This document shows, one piece after another, positions 46,150 through 56,114 of a stretch of 64,000 bases of DNA. Position 1 is the stretch's first letter. Every line of letters starts with the position of its first letter. The stretch lies in IMG/VR virus record IMGVR_UViG_2791354774_000003; one strand, 5' to 3'. The notes under the pieces are model-generated. The model did no database searches. It was not told where the DNA came from and saw only the letters and a list, made by a program, of their open reading frames with translations. The stretch is from a virus (lineage: Duplodnaviria > Caudoviricetes). Made by a program: the position numbers and the translations under genes.

Positions 46150-46448
46150 CTCAGCGCCCCACCAGCAGGAGGACAGCGCCGACAGCCAGAAGCGAGCCGG
46201 GAATGGCGATGACGATGCCGTGCTCTTCACGCTCGAAGCTGCCGACCACAGCCGCACGCTGAGCGAACAGGGCCGCCAGAGATGCGAACCACAGCGAGAT
46301 CACCGCTCAGTCCTCCAATGCATCTGAGGGAAGAGATCACCGCGCTTGGCGGAGGCGATGGCGAGACCGCCGCAGACAGCGAAGGTCGCCAGGACCATCG
46401 CGAGGCCGAAGGCACCGAAGATGCGGCAGAGTCGGATATCGCGAGGGC

Positions 46449-47270
46449 TCATGCCGCCCCCCGGTCGAAGACGGGGGTGTCGAGCACAGCGCCGATGTCG
46501 GTCAGAAATTTCTCGCGCGCATCAGGGTGCGCATTCTCCCATGCACGCACGAGGGCGCGGTGATCCTTGTTGATGATCTCGAAATCATTGCGGGGCGGGT
46601 CGGATGGACCGATTGGCTTGCGCGGCGCCTGAACAGCGGCCAACTCGCGTTGAACGCGCGCTTCTTGCTCATTCGGGCCGAGCTTCTTGAGCTTGTCGAG
46701 GTAGTTTCCCTTATCGAGGTGTGTGCCAGCCACGAGAGCAAGGGCGCGCTCGCTGATCTTCTCGCCACGCTCGGCGTCGCGCTGCACGGCGCGTTCAGAG
46801 CGCCCGGTAGCTGCGGCGGTCTCCGCGCTGAACCTCTCAGAGCAGTCGCCAACTTGGCGACTGCTGTCGTGTTGATTGACGCCGTGCCGAGTCTCGGGGT
46901 GAAGCTCTTCGTAAATTGCCTTGCGGCGAGCCGTGCCACGAGCCCGGTCAGCAGGCGACAACTCTGCCCGCATCAGATTTTCATCGATCATGGCCAACTC
47001 GGCGCGGAGGTCGTCGTCAGCGACGACGATGCAAGGCACGAGTTCCAGGCCCAGCTTGCGACACGCACGCAGGCGGTGAGAGCCTGCCGTAACCTCGTAG
47101 GCGTCGGTGTCCTCACCATCCACGTGCTTCCGCGCCGGGCGTACCCGAAGCGGATTGATGACCCCGATTTCGCGGATGCTCTCCATGAGGCCGCGCACGG
47201 CGGCCTCATCAATCTTGCGCGCGTCCTGCCGCGTGAAGACGTGCGAAATCGGAAGGTCTTGAGGCAGCAT
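46449..47270 (-). CDS. ParB/Srx N-terminal domain protein
   Basis: SIREIGVINPLRV, VTAGSHRLRA, IDENLMRAELSPA. Confidence 0.88.
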   Translation of the reverse strand: MLPQDLPISHVFTRQDARKIDEAAVRGLMESIREIGVINPLRVRPARKHVDGEDTDAYEVTAGSHRLRACRKLGLELVPCIVVADDDLRAELAMIDENLMRAELSPADRARGTARRKAIYEELHPETRHGVNQHDSSRQVGDCSERFSAETAAATGRSERAVQRDAERGEKISERALALVAGTHLDKGNYLDKLKKLGPNEQEARVQRELAAVQAPRKPIGPSDPPRNDFEIINKDHRALVRAWENAHPDAREKFLTDIGAVLDTPVFDRGAA

Positions 47271-47273
47271 GGA

Positions 47274-48194
47274 TTACGCCTCGACCTTCGGCACAGAGCC
47301 CATGATCTGGATCTTGCCAAGCGTCTTGCCCTTGCGCATGGCGTTCCAAGCGCGCACCACCGCCTCGAACCGATCAGGTTGGCGCATCTTCGGATCGTTG
47401 ATGAAGCGCTCGCGCAGGACAAAGATCGGGCTGTCGGGCTTCAAGTTGCTGCCGTCCAGAAGCCTGTCGATAAAGACGGCTCCCATGGTAGCGTCCGCCC
47501 GCGCCAACACGATCCGGCAGAGCACAACAAAGGAAAGCGAGCCCACCAGACGAGATGTCTTCTGCACGCAAGAGAGATGGAAGGCGATCTCTCGTTCATT
47601 CTCGGCGGCCACGACCAGACTTTCAGCCTTTGTGGGCCAAGTCCGTTGCTTGCTCTTGCCGTTCGAAGAAAGATGGCCGAGCTTCTGATACTGCCACAGC
47701 ATCCGAGCAACTGTGGCGGCCACTTTCGTGTTATCGCCGCCACCCTGCATATCGAGGTAGTCGGCTACGGTGCGCGCGCCGCCTTGATCCAGCGTCAGGC
47801 GAGAGGAGCGAGTGACTCCGAAGGTGATGATCGTGCGGAAAGTGACCCCGGACTCAACGCAGGCGATCAGACGATGCTGGCCGTCGTTGAGCAGGCCGTC
47901 CTTCGAGACGATGATCGGCTCGCCGTTGAGGACATAGCGACCGCTTTCGAGATCGGCGCGGATCTCGCCGATGCGCTTCTTGCTGAGGTTCCGATTGTCG
48001 GGGTTTTTATTCAGGAGCAGCGCCGCAATTTCCGGGGTGATACTCGCTTGTTCCGAGAAAACTTCCTTCTCGCCGCGCGCCATCTGCGCGATGTACCACT
48101 GCTCCGCATGCGACTGACTGCGGTTGATGCCATCATTGCGTCCAACAAACCGACGTTCGGTGCCACTCGTCTGTGGCGCGCGAGCCTGCAACAT
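47274..48194 (-). CDS. DGQHR-type ParB-like domain protein
   Basis: ITPEIAALLL..NPDNR...NGEPII...LNDGQHRL. Confidence 0.8.
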   Translation of the reverse strand: MLQARAPQTSGTERRFVGRNDGINRSQSHAEQWYIAQMARGEKEVFSEQASITPEIAALLLNKNPDNRNLSKKRIGEIRADLESGRYVLNGEPIIVSKDGLLNDGQHRLIACVESGVTFRTIITFGVTRSSRLTLDQGGARTVADYLDMQGGGDNTKVAATVARMLWQYQKLGHLSSNGKSKQRTWPTKAESLVVAAENEREIAFHLSCVQKTSRLVGSLSFVVLCRIVLARADATMGAVFIDRLLDGSNLKPDSPIFVLRERFINDPKMRQPDRFEAVVRAWNAMRKGKTLGKIQIMGSVPKVEA

Positions 48195-48328
48195 GGTATC
48201 TCTTCCTCTGCTTTGACTAACTGGGCGCGCCGCTTCGCCGGCTGCGCCCTTTCTTTTGTCCGCGACACAATCGGCCGTCGGGTCGAAGTTCTGAATGGAG
48301 ATGCGCGGGAGTGTGATCGGGCGGCGGG

Positions 48329-48559
48329 TCATGCCGCCTCCGCAGGCGCGGGGATGAACGACGCGGCGCTCACCGGCTTGTCGTGCTTGATGGCGTACCC
48401 GAGGAGCTTGCCGACGTGCTTCTGAGGGATGAAGCCGCCCGTGCCGCCCTTCGAGCGCGGGCGCATCCAGTTAGAGACGCGCGTCCGGTGGACGCCGACG
48501 ATCTCAGCGACTTTGGATGGCCCTCCGAGGGCTCTGACTATCGAGGCAGCCGGTTCCAT
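48329..48559 (-). CDS. cro: Cro-like repressor
   Basis: LGGPSKVAEIVGVHRTRVSNW; divergent from cI. Confidence 0.85.
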   Translation of the reverse strand: MEPAASIVRALGGPSKVAEIVGVHRTRVSNWMRPRSKGGTGGFIPQKHVGKLLGYAIKHDKPVSAASFIPAPAEAA

Positions 48560-48568
48560 GCGCCGGTT

Positions 48569-48643
48569 GTAGCGCATATCGCTACGACGGCGCAAGTGGG
48601 TGTAGCGAACTTAGTCACGGACGCGCGTCGCGATAGGCGCTAC
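48569..48643. promoter_or_regulatory. Operators between cro and cI (three 17-bp sites)
   Basis: GTAGCG-N5-CGCTAC at 48569-48585; degenerate copies at 48602-48618 and 48627-48643. Confidence 0.8.
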
Positions 48644-48652
48644 GCCGAACCT

Positions 48653-49279
48653 ATGTTACAGGGGTGGGTCACAGACGCGCTGAAGCACTCGAAGCTCTCA
48701 CAGGCAGAGCTTGCGAGGCGGCTAACTGCGCATCTGCACCGCGCTATTGATCGTGCCGCCGTCAACAAAATGACGCTAGGCAAGCGAGCTGTAGCCGGCG
48801 ACGAAATGATTGCGATCGAGGAGATCACCGGCTTCCCGGCTCCTCTTGAGAATGCCGACGGTCTCGTCAAGGTGCCGATGCTGGATAGCCTCGTGAGCGC
48901 CAGCAATCTGTCTGCGCGTGAAGCCGTGAAGGCTGAAGACGTTGAACGCTACATCGCTGCCAGCGATCTTCCGCCCGGAGATTGGATTGCCCTCTCAGTT
49001 GAGGGCGATAGCATGGATCTCGTGTCACCGCCTGGGTCGATCATCTTCGTCAATCGCGCCGACACTCGGCTGATCGATGGCGGCTTCTATGTGGTCGCTG
49101 CGGACGGTGACCATGGCACCACATACAAACGCTATCGGTCCAAGCCGGAGCACTTCGCGCCCTACAGCACTAATCGGGATCATGGACCGGTTCTGATGGA
49201 TGGCCCCTTCCGCGTAGTGGGTCGGGTTTATCGCACCATGCTGGACATTGGCCCGAGCGCCGGGCGCCGCGGAAAATAA
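48653..49279 (+). CDS. cI: CI-like repressor (HTH plus S24 autopeptidase)
   Basis: SQAELARRL HTH; VEGDSM serine; TYKRY lysine. Confidence 0.92.
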   Translation: MLQGWVTDALKHSKLSQAELARRLTAHLHRAIDRAAVNKMTLGKRAVAGDEMIAIEEITGFPAPLENADGLVKVPMLDSLVSASNLSAREAVKAEDVERYIAASDLPPGDWIALSVEGDSMDLVSPPGSIIFVNRADTRLIDGGFYVVAADGDHGTTYKRYRSKPEHFAPYSTNRDHGPVLMDGPFRVVGRVYRTMLDIGPSAGRRGK

Positions 49280-49281
49280 TT

Positions 49282-49334
49282 GTAGCGTTCTTCGCTACGC
49301 GGGATTGACGGCACGTAGCGCCTATCGCTACAAC
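49282..49334 (+). promoter_or_regulatory. Early rightward promoter with two operators
   Basis: Perfect GTAGCG-N5-CGCTAC at 49282-49298 and 49315-49331 around TTGACG (49305). Confidence 0.8.
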
Positions 49335-49366
49335 GGTTTCATCGCAGCAAGCGATGGAGCTACCCG

Positions 49367-49870
49367 ATGTCCCGCCGCAGCCTTTCTTGGTCGAACGCTC
49401 TCTCGGACCTCCGCGCTGATCGCGTTTCCGACACGGCTCGTCGCGATGCCATCGCCGCGATGCACGCCAAGAAGCTCGCTGAGGCTCAGGCCCGCGATGC
49501 TGCCCGCGCCGCTAAGCCGAAGCCCGACCCGGTTCTCTATGCCGACTTCCTCGCCGCGCTGACGCGCGTGATCGAGCACGGCGAGACCGTCACCGTTCAT
49601 GGTCACACCATCTCGTGGCCCAAGCAGCAGCCGAATTACTACGCGCTGCACGTCGATGCGCCCCGCACCGTCCGCGATCCTTGGACTGGTGCGCTTCACA
49701 CGATCATCGGCCAGCAGGGCGGCAGTGCCTGCTGCGCGAAGAAGGCCGCTGCATCGCTAGCCTTTCAGCTGATGCACGACCGCGAGAGCGTCGCCCGCAT
49801 GCTGGCCGATGCCAAGCCCGGCATCCTCAACGGCACGGTCACGCACATCGCGCCTGCCGAAGCCGTCTGA
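49367..49870 (+). CDS. Hypothetical early protein
   Basis: GGAG RBS; first gene after the operators. Confidence 0.7.
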   Translation: MSRRSLSWSNALSDLRADRVSDTARRDAIAAMHAKKLAEAQARDAARAAKPKPDPVLYADFLAALTRVIEHGETVTVHGHTISWPKQQPNYYALHVDAPRTVRDPWTGALHTIIGQQGGSACCAKKAAASLAFQLMHDRESVARMLADAKPGILNGTVTHIAPAEAV

Positions 49871-50251
49871 CGCTCCCCTTCCCCTCCCCGCACGACACTC
49901 AGGAGCCCGTCATGTCCTCCATCCTCGCCCGCCGTCTCCGCGCCTGCGCCCTCTGGAATGACGAGGCCGGCGCGAATGCCTGGAACGAACATCGCCACGA
50001 CGAAGCCGCCCGGCTTTGGGCGCAGGCGAAGCGGCTGCATGCGCAGGCCGACGCTGCCGAGATTGCCGAAGCCGCCTGATCCCCTCCCCGTCTCCCGAAC
50101 CGGAGTGCCTAGCCGTGCTTCAACCTCAACCAATGCCCGAGCCGCATCCGAACGCCACCGCATGGGGCATCGCCGCCGGCTTCCTCGTCATCATTCCCGG
50201 CAGCGCGGCCATGCTCGTGATCTGCCTTCGCATCAACGGGTGGCTCTAGTC

Positions 50252-50806
50252 ATGGCTCAGTTCTACGCGCACGTCAGTGCTGATCAGATCGTGGACGAAC
50301 TCCGCGATGACGAAGAGGAGATGGGTGAAGTCATCGCTCTGATCGCCCGTCAGGTTGAAAAGCTCGACTCTGACGACGCCGAAGGACTTCGACAGTTCGT
50401 CCGCTCCTACGGCGAGCCCACGGATCTGCGCGTCTTCGCGGCGTTGCTCGTGCGGACCGCTGACGAGATGGAGGCTCGATCCATGGCCTCCGCCGACATC
50501 CTCCGCGCCGCGCGCGCTCGGATTACACCTCTCAGAAGCTGGACGACCGAATATTCGGCCCGGAACTCTGACGGTCATTATGTTGATCCGTTAGACCGCA
50601 CAGCTGCATGTTGGTGCACACTTGGCAGCATTTGCGCCGAAGGAGGGCGCCCTGGCGGACCAGAGCAGCGGCTCGCTCAGCGGGCGTGTGAAAAGCTCTA
50701 CGGCAGCGCTTTTATAGGTGCAGTTCAAGATAGGCGGGGCCACGACGCTGCTCTGGCTATCCTCGACGCCGCCATTGCTGCCGCAGAGGCGGAGGCGGGA
50801 CGATGA
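50252..50806 (+). CDS. Hypothetical early protein (possibly two fused small genes)
   Basis: Internal GGAGG plus ATG near 50483; C-terminal half has ACWCTLGSI motif. Confidence 0.55.
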   Translation: MAQFYAHVSADQIVDELRDDEEEMGEVIALIARQVEKLDSDDAEGLRQFVRSYGEPTDLRVFAALLVRTADEMEARSMASADILRAARARITPLRSWTTEYSARNSDGHYVDPLDRTAACWCTLGSICAEGGRPGGPEQRLAQRACEKLYGSAFIGAVQDRRGHDAALAILDAAIAAAEAEAGR

Positions 50807-51081
50807 CAGTCTCCGTCCGCGTCTACGAGACCGTTGGCGAAGCCGAGCCGGGCGAACGCTTCTACGCCCGCGCCATCGCCATGAAGCCGGTCAAGGGCGG
50901 CAACCCTCGCGAGGGCACGTCGGTCGGCTTCTACGCCGCCACGGCCGATGAGGCTGGCGCCAAGGCTCACGCCTGGATCGAGGCTGAGCGCCGCAAGGCC
51001 GTTGAGATCGGACTGCGCCGCGAGGAAGCCGCGCAGAGCCGCCGCAAGCCTGTCCCCCATGAGATGGATGCCCGGCCATGA
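50803..51081 (+). CDS. Hypothetical early protein
   Basis: ATGA coupling. Confidence 0.55.
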   Translation: MTVSVRVYETVGEAEPGERFYARAIAMKPVKGGNPREGTSVGFYAATADEAGAKAHAWIEAERRKAVEIGLRREEAAQSRRKPVPHEMDARP

Positions 51082-51458
51082 CCTCGGCTTACCTCGAAAC
51101 CATCCGCAACCCGCTCACCCTCGCCCGCAACCACGTTATGGCGGCGGATGCCAACCTGACGGGCCTCGTTGCGAAGCTGGCGGCCGGCGATGTCGTCTCG
51201 GTCGAGACCGTCCGCTCTGCCGTAGCCCGCTGCGATCATGCCCGCCAGGACATGGACCGGGCGATCTATGCCGCCCTCGATGTCGAGTTCGTCAAAGGCC
51301 GGCGCCTCGCTGCCAACGACAGCGACGACATGAAGGACGCGCTCCTCACCCGGCTCGGGCGCAACGAGCAGACGGGCCGAGCCGACGACGACGAACACCG
51401 GCTGATCCCCGCCGATTGCCTTGAGCCCCGCCTGCCTGCTGTCGGGAGCTTCTGGTGA
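51078..51458 (+). CDS. Hypothetical early protein
   Basis: ATGA coupling. Confidence 0.55.
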   Translation: MTSAYLETIRNPLTLARNHVMAADANLTGLVAKLAAGDVVSVETVRSAVARCDHARQDMDRAIYAALDVEFVKGRRLAANDSDDMKDALLTRLGRNEQTGRADDDEHRLIPADCLEPRLPAVGSFW

Positions 51459-51730
51459 TGACCGCGCAGCGCAAGTGCCGCGAGTGCGGCAAGGCGATCT
51501 CCGCCAAGCACCCGTCGCAGATGTTCTGCTCGCCCGTTCGCGGGCGCCGCCTCTGCAAGGACCGCTTCCACAATCGCCGCCGCTTCCGCGATGGCGAGAT
51601 CACTGAGGCCCGCGCACGCTTCCTCGGCGGCGGTACGGGCGCGCTCGCTGGCTACGACAGCGACGGTGAAGCCTTCCGCTTCATGTGCCCGGCCATGGAT
51701 GAAGAGAGCATCCAGGGAGGTGGCCAATGA
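51455..51730 (+). CDS. Small zinc-finger protein
   Basis: CRECG...FCS...C. Confidence 0.55.
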   Translation: MMTAQRKCRECGKAISAKHPSQMFCSPVRGRRLCKDRFHNRRRFRDGEITEARARFLGGGTGALAGYDSDGEAFRFMCPAMDEESIQGGGQ

Positions 51731-51857
51731 TCGCCCTCGCCATTCTCTCGGCCTTCGCCGGCTCGGTCGGCATCGCCCTTCTCAGCCGTCATCTCGCCCG
51801 CCTCGATGAGGCTCGCGACTTCGCCCCTACCTCTCACATCGCAATCGGAGAAGAGCC

Positions 51858-52127
51858 GTGAGCGACCGTCACCCTGACCCGTGCTCGGCCTTCTGTGAGA
51901 CGGCCGATGCCCTCCGCGCTCTTGAGGGTGCCCTAGCGTGCGCTCGCAACGAAGCGGCTCGCATCCTAGCCGGTGCCTACGAAGGCCACGCCTCCGTGCA
52001 TCAGGCATTGCAGGCGACCGACCTGCGCAATGAGGTACTGGTCATCGCCGGCTTCCTCGGCTCGGTGGAAGCGGCGACGGCTCATGCGCTCGCCCGGCCC
52101 GCCCTCAAGCTGGTCGAGGCTGCATGA
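51858..52127 (+). CDS. Hypothetical early protein
   Basis: ORF coupled to the next gene. Confidence 0.5.
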   Translation: MSDRHPDPCSAFCETADALRALEGALACARNEAARILAGAYEGHASVHQALQATDLRNEVLVIAGFLGSVEAATAHALARPALKLVEAA

Positions 52128-52861
52128 TGGCCGCCTCCCCTGCCCTGGCCGTGATCGGTCACAATTCGGCCGGCGCTGAGCCGACGCCTTACGAGGTGTC
52201 CCGCGACCGGATCAACGAGATTGCCGGCGAGGCCAAACATTGGCTTACCGGCGAGCCCATCCGTTCGCAGGATGAGGCCGACGCCGTGTCGAAGCTGCTT
52301 GACATGATCGGCGACGAGATCAAGACGGCCGAGCAGCGCCGCCGCGACGAGAACAAGCCGTTCGATGACGGCAAGGCCGAGGTCCAGGCTCGCTACGGCA
52401 AGCTTATCGGCGAGACGAAGAGCGTCACCGGCACGGCCATCCTCGTTCGGGATGTATGCCGCAAGGCCCTGACGCCGTGGCGGGCTCGGATCGAGGCAGA
52501 GCGTCAAGCCGCTGCCGAGGCGGCACGCAAGGCCGCCGAGGAGGCCAAGGGCGACGCCGCCTTTGCCTTCGACGTGACCCGCAGCGATGACCTTGAGGGC
52601 CGCCAGCGCGCCGAGGATCTGGCCGCGCAGGCAAAGGCCGCTGAGGCCGATGCGAAGCGTGCCGGCAAGCCTGTCGCTACTGGCCTCCGCACCGTCACCC
52701 GAGCCGAGATTACGGACCATCGCGCCTTCCTGCGGTGGATCGCCGAGAACCGCCCCGAAGCCCTCCGCGGCATGCTGGACACCTTCGCCCAGACGCTCTG
52801 CGCGCAGCGCGTGCGCGGCGTGCCCGGCCTTGCCTTCCACGACGAGCGAGTTGCCCGATGA
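52124..52861 (+). CDS. Coiled-coil recombination-module protein (gp157/Gam-like)
   Basis: IGHN motif; long coiled coil; RGVPGL C-terminus. Confidence 0.6.
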   Translation: MMAASPALAVIGHNSAGAEPTPYEVSRDRINEIAGEAKHWLTGEPIRSQDEADAVSKLLDMIGDEIKTAEQRRRDENKPFDDGKAEVQARYGKLIGETKSVTGTAILVRDVCRKALTPWRARIEAERQAAAEAARKAAEEAKGDAAFAFDVTRSDDLEGRQRAEDLAAQAKAAEADAKRAGKPVATGLRTVTRAEITDHRAFLRWIAENRPEALRGMLDTFAQTLCAQRVRGVPGLAFHDERVAR

Positions 52862-53565
52862 GCCGCGATCAGGATGCAGGAGCCAAGCGCGCTGCCGACT
52901 TGGCGATCAAAAAGGTGCTTGAAGAGCACGGCGAGCAGGCCAACGCCTCCACCGTCTGGAGGGTGCAGGGGACTGCCGTAATCTCCCACAAGGCGCTTGA
53001 ACGCATCGCCGGCCGCGTCGGCATCCGCTTCGATTTGCCGACCATTTTGCGGGCTGAGCGCGACGAGGCCGTGATGCTGGTTGCCGGCACACGCGGCGAC
53101 CTGCGGGAGTGGTCCATCGGCGAATGCGTCGTGAACGTGAACTATCGCGTGTCCGGCAAGCAGGCGGCCTACGTCTATGCGATGGCGGAGAAGCGGGCGA
53201 AGGATCGAGTGATCCTGAAGCTCCTCGCCCTGCATGGGCTCGCCTACTCGGAAGAGGAAGCTGACGACTTCAAGGCGCGCGGCGAGGCGATCGACCAGAC
53301 CGACGAGCAGACGGAAGAACGCTCAGAGCGCAGCGAGGCCGACCAGCGCGCCGAGTACATCGCGGCCTGCAAGCGCACGATCGCGGCGACAACAGAAGGC
53401 AAGCTGCTGCAGGTTTGGTGGATGTCGGCGGACGAGAAGGCCGCTCGTCGCGACTTCGGCCTGAGCCAAGCCGAGATCGATGCCCTCAAGGACGCCGTGA
53501 CGGCCCGGCTTCAAGCCATCGGTCGCGGCTCGGATGGCGACGACAGCCGGAGGGCTGCCGCATGA
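52858..53565 (+). CDS. Putative single-strand annealing protein (Sak/Rad52-like)
   Basis: YAMAEKRAKDRVILKL...YSEEEADDF motif; gene position. Confidence 0.55.
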   Translation: MSRDQDAGAKRAADLAIKKVLEEHGEQANASTVWRVQGTAVISHKALERIAGRVGIRFDLPTILRAERDEAVMLVAGTRGDLREWSIGECVVNVNYRVSGKQAAYVYAMAEKRAKDRVILKLLALHGLAYSEEEADDFKARGEAIDQTDEQTEERSERSEADQRAEYIAACKRTIAATTEGKLLQVWWMSADEKAARRDFGLSQAEIDALKDAVTARLQAIGRGSDGDDSRRAAA

Positions 53566-53849
53566 CCAGCCAGTTCGAGCAGAAGGTGCCCCCGCTCTTT
53601 GAGCAGCACCGCGCCGCCTATCTCGCCCACGCCCGCCGCGTCGCTGTTGAACTCGGCAAGGGCGGCAAGCGCATCACGATTGACGAGGTTCGCGAGGCTG
53701 CGCCCCCGCCGGCCGGCATCGACCCGAGGTGCATGGGCGGCGTCCTCCTCCGCTCCGAGTGGAAGAAGGTCGGCTACCTCAACTCCGGCAGGAAAACTTG
53801 CCACGGCAGGCCGGTCGCCGTCTTCCGTCGTCGGGAGGCAGGGGAATGA
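53562..53849 (+). CDS. Hypothetical protein
   Basis: ATGA coupling. Confidence 0.55.
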   Translation: MTSQFEQKVPPLFEQHRAAYLAHARRVAVELGKGGKRITIDEVREAAPPPAGIDPRCMGGVLLRSEWKKVGYLNSGRKTCHGRPVAVFRRREAGE

Positions 53850-54187
53850 GCAAGCCTTGGTTCATGGCCGCCCCCTGCAAGCACTGCCCGTTTCGGCGGG
53901 ACGTGAAGCCCTTCCTGCGCCCTGACCGGGCGACGGAGTTGGCTTACGCGACGGAAAACCCCTACTCGGAGTTCTACTGCCACAAGACCCTCGACTACGA
54001 CGGTGACGAGGGCGAGCCCGAGGCAACGGCCGGCACGCTGGTCTGTGCAGGCTTCCTTTCGATGCAGTTGGACGCCACCGGCCACCAAGCGCCGGAAGGC
54101 TTCTCCCCCTCGCCGCTCGCCTATGGCGACCGCTGGGAGATGATCGAGGCTTGCGAGGAAGCCGCCGAGCGGGAGGCGCTGGCATGA
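53846..54187 (+). CDS. Cys/His-motif hypothetical protein
   Basis: PCKHCPFRRD, FYCHKT, VCAG. Confidence 0.6.
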   Translation: MSKPWFMAAPCKHCPFRRDVKPFLRPDRATELAYATENPYSEFYCHKTLDYDGDEGEPEATAGTLVCAGFLSMQLDATGHQAPEGFSPSPLAYGDRWEMIEACEEAAEREALA

Positions 54188-54597
54188 GCGCCCGCCACTT
54201 CCTCATCCTCGCCAACGAGGCTGTGAAAGCGCGTGCGGTGCGCTGGATCATGGCCGCGCCGTTCGGCATGTCGGTCGAGTTCAAGCCGTCCACCCGCTCG
54301 CTTGAGCAGAACGCGAAGCTCTGGGCCTGTCTGACGGACGTGTCCCGTCAGGTCGAGTGGTACGGCGAACACCTCACCGCCGACGACTGGAAGGACGTAT
54401 TCAGCGCGTCTCTCCGCAAAGCGAAGGTCGTCCCCGGCCTGGATGCGGGTTCCTTCGTGGTGCTCGGGCTCCGCACGTCGAAACTGACAAAGGGCGAGTT
54501 CTCGGACCTCATCGAGTTGATCCATGCCTTCGGCGCCGAGCACGGTGTCGTGTGGTCCGATCCGACGCTTGTGGACGAGCGGAGGGGGGCGGCATGA
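54184..54597 (+). CDS. ninB: NinB/Orf family recombination protein
   Basis: RSLEQNAKLWACLTDVSRQVEW...RTSKL...FGAEHGV. Confidence 0.92.
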   Translation: MSARHFLILANEAVKARAVRWIMAAPFGMSVEFKPSTRSLEQNAKLWACLTDVSRQVEWYGEHLTADDWKDVFSASLRKAKVVPGLDAGSFVVLGLRTSKLTKGEFSDLIELIHAFGAEHGVVWSDPTLVDERRGAA

Positions 54598-54932
54598 CCC
54601 TGCACATCCTCCGCACGCCGTCCTGCGCCCGACCGTTCTGGGCGACGCACGAGATGTTCTCGACCGCTGCCGGCCAGAGGATCTGGACGGACTGCTGCGC
54701 CTGCAAGGTGCCAGCCGAGGACACGGTTAGCCGCGTCATCACGAGCTGGGACTATCCGCACGGCGGCCTTGGCTCCTACGAGGCGCCCTACACGCAGGAA
54801 GCCGACTTCCCGACCGGCGCGTACTACGACCCGCGCATCGAGACCGTCTGCGCCGAGGGTTGTGGCTGCAAGGCCAACCCTCGCAAGCGGTGGGGCATGT
54901 CCCTCCGCGCCGCGATGAGGGACGGCGCATGA
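54594..54932 (+). CDS. Cys-rich hypothetical protein
   Basis: ATGA coupling. Confidence 0.5.
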   Translation: MTLHILRTPSCARPFWATHEMFSTAAGQRIWTDCCACKVPAEDTVSRVITSWDYPHGGLGSYEAPYTQEADFPTGAYYDPRIETVCAEGCGCKANPRKRWGMSLRAAMRDGA

Positions 54933-55729
54933 GCCGCCTCTACCGCGCCGAAGAGGCCGATGTCGGCACGACGACTCGGATCAAGGATTTGCCGTGCTCT
55001 GCGCCGGGTTGCAATCGCAGCGCGCTTCTGAGAAGCGGCGGCGGCCCGGTCTGCAATCGCCACTATCAGATGTGGATCAGATACGCGGCATTTCAGGCGC
55101 CGCCGAGAGATAAAGCGCAGACCGTCTTCGCCTGCGCGCACTGCGGCTCGGCATTTGAGCGCGGCTATACAGTTTCTCGCAAGCGAGCTGCGGGGAGGCA
55201 GTATTGCGGCATTGAATGCGAGACCGCTGGCAAGGCCGCGCGCACCGCGGCGAGGGCCCCGAACAGATTTTGGGCGCTGGTTGATGTCAACGGCAAAGAT
55301 GAGTGTTGGCCCTGGAAGGGGCATAGAAGCCCACTTGGCTATGGGCGCTTCACAAATAAGCGGGGCGACACTCAACAGGCCCACAGGATAGCCTATCGGT
55401 TGGCAAACGGGAGCTTGGATAAGCGTCTGTTCGTCTGCCACGCCTGCGATAATCCACCCTGCTGTAACCCCAGTCACCTGTGGCTCGGCACTCACCGGCA
55501 GAACATGGACGATATGTTTGCCAAAGGCAGGAACGCGACGCCGCCTGTAATCCGTGGGGAAAAAAGTTCAACGTCAAAGCTCAACAAGGAGCAGGTCTTA
55601 AGGGCCATTAAGTCCTCTGAGCCAGACCGCATCATTGCGGCCAGATACGGCGTAACTGCCGCCGCGATCTACAATATCCGGCACGGCAAGGCTTGGTCTC
55701 ATGTCACGGGGATCAAGCGCCATGCGTAA
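54929..55729 (+). CDS. HNH homing-type endonuclease
   Basis: CWPWKG...GYG...AHRIAY...VCHACDNPPCCNPSHLWLGTHRQN. Confidence 0.92.
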   Translation: MSRLYRAEEADVGTTTRIKDLPCSAPGCNRSALLRSGGGPVCNRHYQMWIRYAAFQAPPRDKAQTVFACAHCGSAFERGYTVSRKRAAGRQYCGIECETAGKAARTAARAPNRFWALVDVNGKDECWPWKGHRSPLGYGRFTNKRGDTQQAHRIAYRLANGSLDKRLFVCHACDNPPCCNPSHLWLGTHRQNMDDMFAKGRNATPPVIRGEKSSTSKLNKEQVLRAIKSSEPDRIIAARYGVTAAAIYNIRHGKAWSHVTGIKRHA

Positions 55730-56114
55730 GCGCCGCACAGCGAAGGCCCGCCTCCGCATTTTCCTCGCGCATGATGGCATCTGCCACATCTGCAAGGGCA
55801 AGATTGGCATCGGCGAAGCGTGGGACCTGGACCACATCACGCCGATCGCAATGGGCGGCGAGGACGAGGAAGCCAACCTCGCCCCCGCACACCGAAAGAC
55901 ATGTCACGGCGCGAAGACTGCTCAGCAGGACGTGTCGATGATCGCCAAGGCGAAGCGCCGCGAGGTTCTTCACTTGGGCGCCAAGCCTGCGCCGAAGCAG
56001 CGATTGCAAGGCCGCGGCTTCGACAAGGCCCCGCCGCAGCGCCGGGCCTCCACTCCCCTCACCAAACCGCCCGTTCCCCGCAACCGTCCCTTCTACGGAG
56101 ACGCCCAGTCATGA
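55722..56114 (+). CDS. HNH endonuclease
   Basis: CHIC...DLDHITPIAMGG...NLAPAH..CH..KT. Confidence 0.88.
   Translation: MRKRRTAKARLRIFLAHDGICHICKGKIGIGEAWDLDHITPIAMGGEDEEANLAPAHRKTCHGAKTAQQDVSMIAKAKRREVLHLGAKPAPKQRLQGRGFDKAPPQRRASTPLTKPPVPRNRPFYGDAQS

Noticed and set aside
48175-48245. Possible seventh guide unit (GGCGCGC-CCA...CCA...GCGCGCC, minus strand)
   Set aside because: Lacks YG after the 9-mers and the loop spacing is wrong; it overlaps an RBS and start codon.
46527-48425. 632-aa plus-strand ORF and similar long ORFs (23808-25436, 28014-29285, 21730-22833)
   Set aside because: Antisense shadows of well-supported minus-strand genes in GC-rich DNA.
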